A stretch of 64,000 nucleotides of DNA from NCBI GenBank assembly GCA_963514005.1, contig OY740813.1:9858001-9922000 (forward strand). Direction: 5' to 3'. Within the stretch, counting starts at the first letter, position 1. The number at the start of each line of letters is the position of its first letter. Below are positions 27,650 through 38,700 of this stretch, piece by piece. The notes under the pieces were generated by a model. It did no database searches. It saw only the letters and a list, made by a program, of their open reading frames with translations, and was not told the DNA's origin. The position numbers were made by a program, and so were the translations under genes. Source of the stretch: Raja brachyura. Taxonomy: Eukaryota.

Positions 27650-27782
27650 CGTGCTCCACAAAAACATTGAAATGTTGAGCTCCATGTTTGGCTGCTTCTC
27701 TCCTCCCTCCTTTGATAAACTGCAGCGCCGTTAAAGTTGGCCTCCTTTGGTCCGCAAGAACTTTGCCTGGTTGTTGCCCCAT
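27650..27782 (-). CDS. ABL1: ABL1 tyrosine kinase, coding part of exon 1b (N-myristoylated isoform)
   Basis: Translates [44 protein letters not shown] + G|GTAAGG (133 nt, phase 1). Closely matches human ABL1 1b [46 protein letters not shown] and not ABL2. No downstream exon recognised in the window. Confidence 0.95.
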
Positions 27783-28199
27783 AAATTAACCGACTCCAGG
27801 TCCAAGCAATTTAAAAAACTCATTTAAAACTGAAAATAGGATACGAGAAGGCAAGGGAACAGAGAGGTGTAGGATTCCTCTCGGCATAGAAACAAGATTG
27901 GGACTGGTCGTGGCGAGTAAGTTCAGGTAGTGGTGCGGGTAGCAGGGGTTTAAGGCAACAGAGCGAGCTTACATTGGGTGTTATAGGATGAAGTGCAGAT
28001 AGAAATCACAAACTTGGGGTCAAGGTGAGATAATAAAAGGGGTACAGGGAGAGGGGACACGGGCCACAGGCAATGGGGTCAGTCACAGAATTGGGGTGAA
28101 AGTTCGAAGCCCAGATTGAGAACCCTCTGAGGTCCCTTATGGGGCAATATTTCGGACCGACTCCGTTCCCATCGGCTTCTCTTCACTCATATTTCTCTT

Positions 28200-28445
28200 C
28201 CCACACCTCGTAGAGGCAGGGGTGGGAGGAAGGGCTAGAGGTAAAACTTTCTTGAGATGGAAACCGCCTCCACTCTGTCTCGCTCACTCGCTCAGCCCGA
28301 GACACCCGCCATGTTTGGGGTAAACTGCGCTCAAAACGAGGCCACGCGCTGCCCGTGGCGTCATTGCGTAACTGGGGGGGGGGGGGGGGGGGCGCGGGGG
28401 GGAGGACCCGCCGGTTGTCAACGACCGGGTTGCCATGGCTCAGGT
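28200..28445 (-). promoter_or_regulatory. ABL1: ABL1 1b CpG/GC-rich promoter and probable non-coding first exon
   Basis: CpG-dense island. YY1-type AAACATGGCG on the minus strand (28307-28316), G-tract/GC-box 28374-28404, CGTCA half-CRE, and X-box-like GTTGCCATGGC (28429-28439). Confidence 0.7.
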
Positions 28446-28550
28446 ACTAACTTAAAATAATGTTTTCCTGTGGGTGTGGCGCTTTTGAATGTCGTGGGAC
28501 AAGTGAGAAGTTGAAAGTTGAAAGCGCAGGAGTCAAGTGTTTTGTTGGTT

Positions 28551-28676
28551 AAGAAGGAACTGCAGATGCTGGAAAATCGAAGGTAGACAAAAGTGCTGGA
28601 GAAACTCAGCGCGTGCAGCAGCATCTGTGGAGCGAAGGAGATAGGCAACGTTTCGGGTCGAGACCCTTCTTCAGAC
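28551..28676 (-). mobile_element. Penelope terminal fragment with intact hammerhead core, nested in Rex1-like tail
   Basis: Minus strand CTGAAGA A GGGTC TC GACCC GAAA CGTT. GTGTTTTGTTG-type duplication on both sides (28536-28548, 28677-28688). Confidence 0.7.
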
Positions 28677-28954
28677 GTGTTTTGTTGTCATATGTCCTAC
28701 TTGCAGCAACGCAGCAGAATATGTAAACATAGTACTCTGTAAGCAATATAATAAACGAGAAAAAAAAAGTTCAGTGTGTGTGTGTATACACACACACACA
28801 AAAACAAATAATAATGCAAAAAGGCAAAACCAATGCCCCCAAGTCTATGTAGTTCAAACCTTAACTGGAGGTTGGAGTCATATAGTGTGGAACCATGCCC
28901 TTCGGTCCAACTTGCCCATGCCTGCCAATATGTCCCAGCTATACTAGTCTCAGA

Positions 28955-30660
28955 TTAGTCGATCGTGCTATTTGGAGTGCTCATAGACAACATGTTTCTT
29001 CTAACCTTGAAGGAGAGCAACCCAAGGCCTTTTGGAGGTATGTGAAATCTAGACTTAAAAAGAACACACAATACACAATAAGATTTAACACAAACATCCA
29101 CCACAGCATTCTTCACTGTGGTGGAAAGCAACAAAGTGCAGCCAGTTCTCCTCCCTTGTTCACTCGTGGTCGGGTCCATGAACCCTCCGTAGTTGCCACT
29201 ACGGACGGCCGGATGTACAGGCTCTCACGTCGGGATGATCGAAACTCCGATGTCGAGACGGTTAAACACACTCCGCAGCTTGGAGGTCCTGAATCGGCAC
29301 TTTCCTACCGGAGACCGCGGCTTCAGGATGTTATAAGCCGCATGCCGGCGGTCGGAGCTCTTCTCTGGTGATCCCCGGCAAGGGATCCCAGACTCCGGAT
29401 GGTAAGTCCATGCCACGCCTGCAGCTAGAAGGTCCGCAGACCACAGCCCCATGATGCCAAAGTCACCAGGCCAGCGATCGGAACACTCCTCTATGGTAAC
29501 CCCCAGCAAGGGTTCTCCCCGCTCAGCGATGGAAAAGTCCACGCTGTGCCCGCTGCTGATGCTCCGGGACCGACTCCGAGAAAGGCCGCTACAATTCAAG
29601 CTGTTAGGCCGCGAGGGAGGCGACTTGGAAAAACTCGCCTCTCCGTCGAGGAGGCAACCAAAAGTGGTTCCCCCCTTTCCCACCCACCCCCCACACAAGA
29701 CACACCAAGAGACACCTAAACTAACATTAGACACACCAAAAAAAAACCAAACACGCTGCTGGCAGGGCAGTGGACTCGCAGCACACCCACCAACCTCACA
29801 CAACACTGGTGTCCAGGTGCTTAATGTGAACAAGTGTCTGATCACTGAGGACCAGGCGAAAGCAGAAGGTCTTGCAAATCAATTTCAACACGTTTTCACC
29901 CGGGAAGATACGAAGCTTTCATCATTTCCAGACCTACTGCCCAGCCCGTATGCTAATATGCTTGCTATTAAAATTGAGGTTGATGGTGTCAAGAAGTTAT
30001 TGCTCAATATCAATACAACAAAACCTATTGGACCAGAATCAAGCCCTCAAGATCTCAGCCGAAGAACTGGCTCCTGTTTTGCAGTTCATTTTGCAACAGT
30101 TGCTTGGCTCAGGTGATGATTCGCTGGATTGGAGGAAGGCTAACATCACTCCTCTCTTTAAGAAGGGTTCAACCACCTTCCTGGCGAATTATCATCCTGT
30201 TTCATTAACAAGCACTTGCTGCAAACTACTGGAGTATTTAATTGATAGTAATCTGATGAGACACCTTAGCGAACATAACATTCTTGCTGACAACCAACAT
30301 GCATTTAGGAGGCATAGATCATGCAAGTCTCAGCTTTATCCTGATGACAAATGACCTGGCCAAGAACCTTGATAGCAATGTCATCACGGATTTAGTAGTG
30401 CCAGACTTTTCTAAAGCATTTGATGTCATCCCACACCAGAAACTGCTTTGGAAGCTTGACTTCTACGGTGTTCGTTCCAACACAAAACAATGGATTTCCA
30501 GTTTTCTGACAAAACGTCTTCAGCGTGCGAGTGTGAATGGAAAAAGCTCTGATTGACGTCCAGTGTTAAGTGGTACACTTCAGGGCACAGTACTGGGCCC
30601 AGATCGGTTTTTGCTTTACATTCATGAGATCCATGAAAAAGTCACAAGCACGATTGGATC
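28955..30660 (+). mobile_element. CR1-group LINE RT fragment, interrupted by a nested insertion
   Basis: QPKAFWRYVKSRLKK / NTGVQVL...LANQFQHVFTRED, WRKANITPLFKKG, NYHPVSLTS, NQHAFRRHRSC, DFSKAFD, QGTVLGP; frameshifted. Confidence 0.85.
29064..29800 (-). mobile_element. GC-rich non-autonomous retroelement inserted in the LINE
   Basis: Splits the host reading frame between KSRLKK and NTGV. CpG-rich body with an (ACACAAT)n-type tail on the left. Confidence 0.55.
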
Positions 30661-30661
30661 A

Positions 30662-31106
30662 CTGTTGGAGTGAGACCCAGCGCAAGTTGGAGGACCAGCA
30701 CCTCATATTTCGCTTGGGCAGTTTACACCCCCAGCGGTATGAACATTGACTTCTCTAACTTTGTAACCGTTGCTTTCCCTCTCTGCATCCCTCCCCCTTC
30801 CCAGTTATTCGACTAGAGTCTTTCTGTCTCTGACTACATTTTATCTTAGCTTTGTTGTTACCTTCTCCCAGCTAACAATGATTAATTCTACATTTTCCTT
30901 GATCAACAGTTCCCTTTGTTCTGTTTTCACACCTTACACTTCCTCATCTATGTATCTCCCTCTCCCCTGACATCAGTCTGAAGAAGGGTCTCGACCCGAA
31001 ACATCACCCATTCCTTCTCTCTAGAGATGCTGCCTGTCCCGCTGAGTTACTCCAGCATTTTGTGTCTATCTTCGGTTTAAATCAGTATCTGTAATTCCGT
31101 CATACA
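30662..31106 (+). mobile_element. Penelope-like element 3' part (GIY-YIG C-terminus + terminal repeat)
   Basis: ETQRKLEDQHLIFRLGSLHP...MNIDFSNF; hammerhead-like motif at 30978-31005. Confidence 0.85.
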
Positions 31107-31499
31107 CTACACCACTTGGTTGTTCTCCACTGAACTCAATTTTTAACACCTCTGTCAAAACCCTTAACACACTGAATGCCAAAGAGAACTGATGTAGGCT
31201 TTCTATGTATTTGATACCCTGATGGGAATCTCAGAGAGCTTGACATTTTGTTGATCCATTAAAATGTTGTACCTGTAAACCATTGTAGCATTAAAACCTG
31301 TAGAGGTTTGTTCAATAACTGAATGGCAGTTATACTGAGCGAGGGTTTAAAGACCAATGGCTAGCTCAGGGTTTAACCTTTCTGCTCTTGTGTATAAGTA
31401 GCATTCCTTTTTATTTATTTGGTAATATGCTCAAGATTTGAATCAGATCAGCAATTAGTCTCAATAGATTATCACTTCTGTTTTGTTTTGAAGGACCAA

Positions 31500-34400
31500 C
31501 TATGAAAATGTGGTTTTTGTGGTAATCCATGTTGTCTTGCACCACAACACTTTGATGACATCTTCTGGTGCTTCATTCACTCTTTGTCTATTTTGCTTCC
31601 TCCCTGAAAGAGCATGACTGGGCAGAGAGACAATTTTCTTTAACAAGGGACTCTCAAATTGGTGTAGATTGCATCAGGGTAAGAGGCTAGCCATTTTAAG
31701 GAATAATTGCATTCAGAGAATTGGAAATCATTGGCATTTCTTATCCAATTGTCGAAGACATGCATTATTGAATTTCATATATTTTTGGATTGGTAAAAAT
31801 TTGATGATTTGTGTTACAATGTGGAAAAGGTACAAGATCAGCCATGATATTGATTAGTTCAAGGGGCCAACTATTTTTGTTTGTATGCTGAGAATTTTTC
31901 AAACCTAATGATAGCAGTGCTTGTTCCATCTTGACTCTGAATCGGATTTAATTATGGATAACAAGTGCCAAATGTAGAGAAACTGTAAAGTGGGAGAAAA
32001 TATGTTACGAGAGTAAGCTAAACCAGAACATAAAAGCAAATATGAGAGCTTTTGTAAGCACATAAAAGTAATAAGGTAATTTAGGGAATGAAATGGGGGA
32101 GTTTCTAATTGAAAACGAAAATGACATAGACTTTGAATTTGAGTTGCTGTCTGTTTATAGAGTAGGGAACACTGAAGGCATAGTGAATATGGTGGAAAAT
32201 CTGGGGGGAAATTTAACAAGGCACATTCATTAGTAAAATTATACCAGTGTACTAATGTAATTAAAGGCTGTCGAGATTTGCTTCATGGGAGCTCAACAGA
32301 CATGGGTCAAAAATCATGGACAGATTGCACACAATCATTCTAGTTTCATTGGTTCCAAAAAGGTCCCAGTGGGATGGAATAATGCAAATGCAACTTCACT
32401 TTTCAGGAGAAAATGGAAATGAGGCAGAATGCCTCTGGTAATTGACCTAACCTCTTACTGGAAAAATAGTGCACTCAACTATTATTCTTATGTAGTCCTT
32501 CAGGATCAAAAATGATTTCCTTTCACTGCATAATCCTGATCACTTCAGAGTTGAAGGCCTTTGTAAAACCAAAGGTGTCAATCCTTAATAATCAATGGTA
32601 CTTCTGGCATTTTCCTTGGAGTTATCATTGCAATTATTGGTGGATTGGATTAGCTATGCTATTTGGGGAACTGGGAGGAGGTATTTGACAGGAACTCTGT
32701 GATGGTTTTACCTATAGCATAGAGCAGAGAGGCCCCTCTAATTGCTGCAATTAAAAATTTCTCCTTGCTGATTGCAATTGAAACTTCTGAGTTTCCCTGG
32801 AACATTGTCCACTCGCCAGATGAAAGAGGCAAGACTTAACATTAATGGCAGTAGTTTCTCTTTCTCAAGTTTTAGAATTTCAAAAGCAAAACCATCTCGT
32901 CGATTGCTTGTTGATCTGGAGTTACAACAATATGAGACCAGATGGCATATTGTAGAATGGATTTGAAGATAATCAGGTCAAAGACAGAGGCTTGGTTCAG
33001 GATTATTCAAGCCCTCCTTTCAACAGGCTGTCTGTCTTTTTAATGAGCTATCCTATGTTTCCAACACTCTGAAAGCGGATGGGTGTTGGGCCATTGATGG
33101 AGTTGACAGCACTGAAGAATCAATCTTGTTGTGGTTATTAACCAGATGCAGTATTTCCTGTGCTTCCCCAACCGTAATTGGCTCACATGTTGGTCTGTTG
33201 GATTTCAACCTTCATAAATGTGCAGAGCTGTGTTCCTCCCCTTGAAGTATTGAGTTTCTAATTCAAGAATACCTTGCATTATGGTTAGTTAGCTACTGGA
33301 TCTCCTGCTCATTTTATCAAAATAGTTCTGGTGTCTTCTATTAGTGAAGCAAAGAGTCTTTTCACTATTGCCAACTACAGTGGATTTCATAGCTGATCCA
33401 GCACTGTGTGGTTCTTGTTTGATGAGAACTGTCAACTTGTCTGTGAGATATTATTTATTGGGACTTTCAGACCTTCAATGTGGATTTTCTTGCCGCCGTG
33501 TTTTATTATTTTGTTGCCAAATTGATACAAATTATAGTATGGATTAGGCACTCGTTAATCCAGCATTCATAGAATATGGCATGGTGCAGATGACACAGAC
33601 ATTCTTACAATGTCTTAATCAGAGGATGAGCTAATCAAATAAATGCATGCATTGTGGGTTTCCCTCAAGTATTACACTCTTCTCTCTGATGAAAGAGCAT
33701 GCTGGAAATGACGCAATTTTGTTCTGAATATTTTATCAAGGGAAGAACTCCACTGGAGTTGGCTTCCTCTGCTCTTTCCACATCAATCACAGCTTTTTGA
33801 ACCGTGGGATTGATTTGCCTGGAAGAAATGGTCTGATTCCTGTTGGGATTTGGCCTGGGGCTTTTTCAAGCAGACTTCGCATGGTTTTCCATCATCAAAA
33901 GGTTAATAACAGGTCCTAGAGAAAATAATAATACAAACAAGAAGAATCAACATGAATGACAAATTGTTTTACTCAAAAGTTTGTATAGTACTTTGGGGAT
34001 GGATGAATGGCCTGCGTATTGAGGCTGGGACCAGTCCTGTTCATATCTATACTTAATACTTTGGTGGATTAACAGTAGCCATAGATATTTATAAAATAGA
34101 AGCAGGATTAGCCCTTTGGACATGCAGCACTATTCAATGTGACCATGTCTGATCTTCCACATCGGTACTCTGCTCCCCCCCCCCCCCACCCCTATATTGA
34201 GCTATATTCCTCAGTCCCTTCAGCCTCAGAGGGGGGGAGGGAACTGGGGGAGCGGGGGGGTTGTTACCGAACTGGGGAGAGAGGAGGTGGGGAGAGAGGA
34301 GGGGGGAGATATGAGGGGAGAGAGAGGGGGGGAAATGGAGGGGGGAAAAGGGGTTTGAGGAGGGGAGAGGGGGTTGGAGGAGGGAAGAGGGGGGGAGAGG

Positions 34401-36286
34401 GGGGTTGAGGGGTAGAATTATCCCTAGTGTGTGAGATAGTGTTCGTGCGGGGATCATTGGTCGGTGCGGACTTTGTGGGTCGAAGGGCTTGTTTCCACGT
34501 TGTATGTCTAAACTAAACTTAAAGGTGGAAAAGGGATTTAGAAGAGTAGAGGCATTGTATCCGATGGTAGTAGATCCTTTTCTGAGAAGAACATGTAAAG
34601 AGTCGCCATGCTCCCTGATAATATTATTCCATTATCTTATATTTATAATATGAACGATGTTTTGTTTTTTTGTCGTACCTTGTATTTCTTGCTCCGGTTT
34701 TTGGAGGAGGTCTGCGGGTGAAAATATTTCACTGCATCTACACTTGAATACAAGATTTAAATTATTTCTATTGGAGTGTCGTCATGAGAGTCCATTTGCT
34801 GACTCATGTCCAAGAAAAACAATGCTGAAAATTAATTTCGCAACTGAGAAAAATGTTACATTATTAAAGCAGTCTTTTCTTTGCATAACGCATTAAACCA
34901 AGACTTTGTTTGCCCCTTGACTCCCAGGATAAGATCATAATGCACTTCTAAAAAGAGCCAGGAGCAATCTCCCCAATGTTCTAGTCAATATTAATGCTGC
35001 AGATGAATTAACGTGGGTGATCAAGCTATTATCCCATTGTTACTTGTGCAGGTTTACTGTGTGGAAATGGTTTTATATTTTCCACATAACAGTACTTAAC
35101 AAAGTGTATTGTTACCAAGGAAATGCTTTTTTTCCGTTCCTATGATAACTGATATACTGAATGCAAATCAATAAGAAGGCCGTCAGAATAATTTGTGGAT
35201 TTCAAACTGTAGCCCAATTGCCTTTCTTCACTGTTTTAACATTTGAATTAGACAATTTTAGCAGGGGCCTGAGCAGGACATTCAATCTGATGTCTTTTGT
35301 AGAATCATGTGTATGCCGTCCCAAATTTATGTTTTTTGTGTCCAAGGTCTTTAGTTCAACATATTTGGATGTCCTTATTTCAGTTTAATTTGGAATGATA
35401 CTGGAGGTGATTTGTAAGGATCCAGCACCACCAGCTGGCTGTGTTGATGTATTTCCTAAATAAAGTATTTGGATCTGGAACAATTATGTATGAAATTAAG
35501 CGGGTCATGTTTCTTAGGACGAATAATCGAGATGATAAGAGCTCAAATCCCTTATGACCATTTAAACTGATTTTTGGCATTTAATTTAATTAAGTTACGA
35601 AGCTCTCAGATTGAGGATTTCCCGTTCTATTCAACAGCAATCAATCTTGATTGTGGGAGTCTTCTTATTGGGTGAAAGCTGCTCTTAGTAGCGCTGTACT
35701 TGTGGTCTAGTTGTTCCAACTGCACTGTTGCAAATACCTGGCGGAGCTTTTTCCAATTTAGCTGGAGCTCAATATCCATCATGATACAAACCTACAGACA
35801 AAAGGCCAAACATGATCTCAGCCAGGCTCTCATTTTGATGAATACTTTTATGTGTGGATTAATCAAGCTATGCATGAACCCTATGCACCAGGATACATCT
35901 ACTGCAGATGTATCTAGGTACCACAATTCAATCTGGTGTAAAAAGGATGTGCATGTTTTTATTTCCACAGACATTTCTTTTAATTGGACTGGGCAACTCT
36001 ATCTTCTAGTGCATATCATGCAAAAAAACACATTTGTTCATTAATAAATCATTAATTTACCTCCAGAAAGATTTGGGAAGAGATATTAGTTGTCAAGCTC
36101 ATCCCAATCAACTATAAATTAGAGGGCTTTGTTTTTCTTTGGGCTGTTTCCAAGGTTACACACTGAGGCAGATATCAGCTGGTCTGTCCATAGCAAGCTG
36201 GTCAAGATGTTGTCTATGATTGAGTGGTACAACCTTGGGTCCGGGGCTGTATCCTGAGAGTTGAACTCAAAATGAGTGCAGCTACT
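31500..36286 (-). pseudogene. Candidate unidentified multi-exon pseudogene
   Basis: Exon-like blocks with polypyrimidine-AG acceptors and GT donors at 36286-36061, 35791-?, 34843-34679, 33915-?, 31603-31500. The checkable junctions are all phase 1. Frames are protein-like but contain stops. Confidence 0.35.
34413..34520 (+). mobile_element. HE1-like SINE 3' half
   Basis: TCCCTAGTGTGT...GGGATC...GGTCGGTGCGGAC...GGGTCGAAGGGC...(CTAAA)n tail. Confidence 0.6.
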
Positions 36287-37599
36287 CTGTAGGGGAGGGC
36301 CACAGTTTAAGACATTTTAACGCAGTTGATCTGTGTTTAAAACCCTATAAACTGTTTGCTCAAGGGTTGTATATAATTGATAAGTGGTGTGTTAATGTAA
36401 ATTAATTGGAATAATATGACTTGTGATGAGAATGTTAGCTTGAATTTTCTGTATTGTAGACACGTACCTGAGATGAAAGCATTATTTTTGGACACTCCAC
36501 AGGCAGGCAGGCCTGGGAATCAGGCAATCAGCAGTCTAACTTTGGGCATGCCACAGCTGTGATGTAAATTTTATACTTTAATGGAAAAACAGCCTGTATT
36601 GATTAATATGAGCAATTGCGCCAGATGATGCATTCATGATTTGACATACTACAGAAAATTTGCTTATTAAAGTTGACAGGTTAATCTGTGAGGAAAAGTT
36701 GCATAAGTTTGCGTTATGCTATATTGGGCATTAATGTTTTGAGGGATAATCTGATCCGTTGTTAAAGTGATGAAAGTGTCTGACAGAGATGCTGCAGCAA
36801 AAATCATTTCCCCTGGTGATTTGTTGATGTACAGATCAGTCACAGTCTAATGGCATGGATGGAAATAAAATATTCCATTGCCACTCTTTCAAAGGGCAAA
36901 AGCAGTCTCTCGAGTGCCCAGAGACAATTTCTTTCCTTTCCCCAACATCACTGAACAAAATTTCTAGTTTTTCCAAGTTATGACAGACGAGCACCGTGGC
37001 CACGAAGAATGCTGTGAAATGAATACATTTTCCTTGATGAAGAATGGGATGAAGACCAGCAGATGCTGTTAGGAAGTGCATGCTCACTGAAGATTTCCAG
37101 ATTACCTGAAATATTTTTCTACCCCCTTCTCCTCTCCTGAAGTGCAGATTGTGAGTTGAGTGCTGAATCAATTGATTGCCTTCATCATGAGTTGGCATCC
37201 TTGCATTTAGTGCAGTTGTTGCTCCTTCTGAATATATAATTTACTTAAATAAGCTCATGCGTTCTTTAAAACACGGATGGACCTCCATTTAACACAATGG
37301 CTCATTTCAAGAAGTACATGCAGAAATTGTGTTGTGTTTTTTAATTAAAGGGAAATAATTATAATCAGGTTTACAAGATGATTCTTTAATATACCCTGTA
37401 CAAATATTTATTGGGGAAAAAAATCCAATTTAAACTTGTTCACAACTTGTTACTCATGTTGATGAACTTGTAACAATGATTACACTGTTCTGTTGTTGAT
37501 GTATGAATTGTGAGGGTTTCGTCTGGGGTACTGGAGGGAGTGGTTGTGGTTTAGAGATAGCAGATGTGAGTGCATATAAAAAAATTGATACACAGTTAT

Positions 37600-38700
37600 T
37601 TTACTTTATTTTGTCTGTCTCTGTAAACTTCCCTGCATGGAGCCAGCACATCCTCAAGTTTTATGTTGATTTCTAAATTATGTTCCATAAATGGATCCTC
37701 AGTAAAATGAAAAGCTTCTGACAACCCTCGTTTAAGGCTCGTCACTCTCTGATGTGGCTTTGGTGCTCTCTCCACCTTTTTGGTACTTGGGTTCCTTCAG
37801 CTCTTCCTCCAGCAAAATACCCGAGCAGTTCTTTCATGGCCATTGTCTGGAGATCGCCAAAACCGTCTTCTCCAATACAATGTTCGAGCCGTTTTATCTT
37901 TTCCATCTCGTGTTGCATTTCTAAAAAACCTCAAATCATTCACTGGCTTTTGCTATTAACCTTTCCAACATGGATTGATGGTGGCAGTTTTATTTAATCC
38001 AGAGACTCCATTTATATTTTTAATAATTTTGCTCTGGCATTGCCCTTCTGGCAGTGCATAATTATTGTGCAGAAGCATCTGTGCCAGACACAGTCCAAAG
38101 CATCTCAGTTAGGTTGAGTGTAACTTCAAAAAACACTTTGACACATTGGTCTGGGGGCTGGAGGAATGATACGGCTTTTGGAGGCAGAGAGAGCAAATCT
38201 ACATTGGAAAATGCAGCGTGAAGGCTTTCAGAACGGCTCGGAGATATCAAGGATCAATAGAATGTTAACTGCCAAGTACTTTGATTCTAAGTAGCATTCT
38301 ATTTTGTTTACAAAACAAATCTGAAAAGAATCCATAAGCACTGAAGTAACTATTGGTAGCTGATATTTATTCTCACACTTAAATACATAGGGATTCTGAA
38401 CCATTAAAAAGCATTAGCTTCATCATAAATTCTCCCCATGCAATTCCATGGATGAGAAGAATTCAGTTGTAAGAAACCCAGAGGAGATTTCTCATTTATT
38501 TGAAAGAAATTTTCCCTTTGGCATCTGTTCCCCACAAAACTATTTGCATGAATAATGTTATAAGTTTAATCCTAAATGACTTTGGCCAGTTCAAGTGGAA
38601 GTCTTGTGGCTCCTTCATTGATTGACTAATTTAATGTTATGCAGCCATCCCTTTGAATTACTCAACCATGCTGACATCACTCGCACTATTCAGGGAGAAT
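37600..38700 (-). mobile_element. Tigger/pogo (DDE_1) transposase fossil
   Basis: Across frameshifts reads LHNIKL, NPYVFKCENKYQLPIV, ILLILD, LPPKAVSFLQPPDQ, IGEDGFGDLQ...KELL, EDPFMEH...LEDVLAPCREVYRD. This is collinear with Tigger motifs NPRALKGKDKHQLPV, LPPNTTSLIQPLDQ, GGEGFQD, DPSM...LVPYRNIF. Confidence 0.75.

Noticed and set aside
29225-30116. Long ORFs 29225-29845(-) and 29451-30116(+)
   Set aside because: Chance ORFs in a GC-rich repeat; the second runs into the LINE frame.
36200-36286. Faint resemblance of FNSQDTAPDPRLYHSIIDN to TERB2 or Treslin N-termini; nearby RGHG (about 37000) resembles GCM
   Set aside because: Too few identities, and the flanks do not extend the match.
36885-36915. 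Minus-strand ERLLLPFER resembling the ARID5 helix (YERLILPYER)
   Set aside because: The upstream ARID motifs (GGYE, WK, SAAT) and a suitable acceptor are absent. Kept only as part of the unidentified pseudogene candidate.
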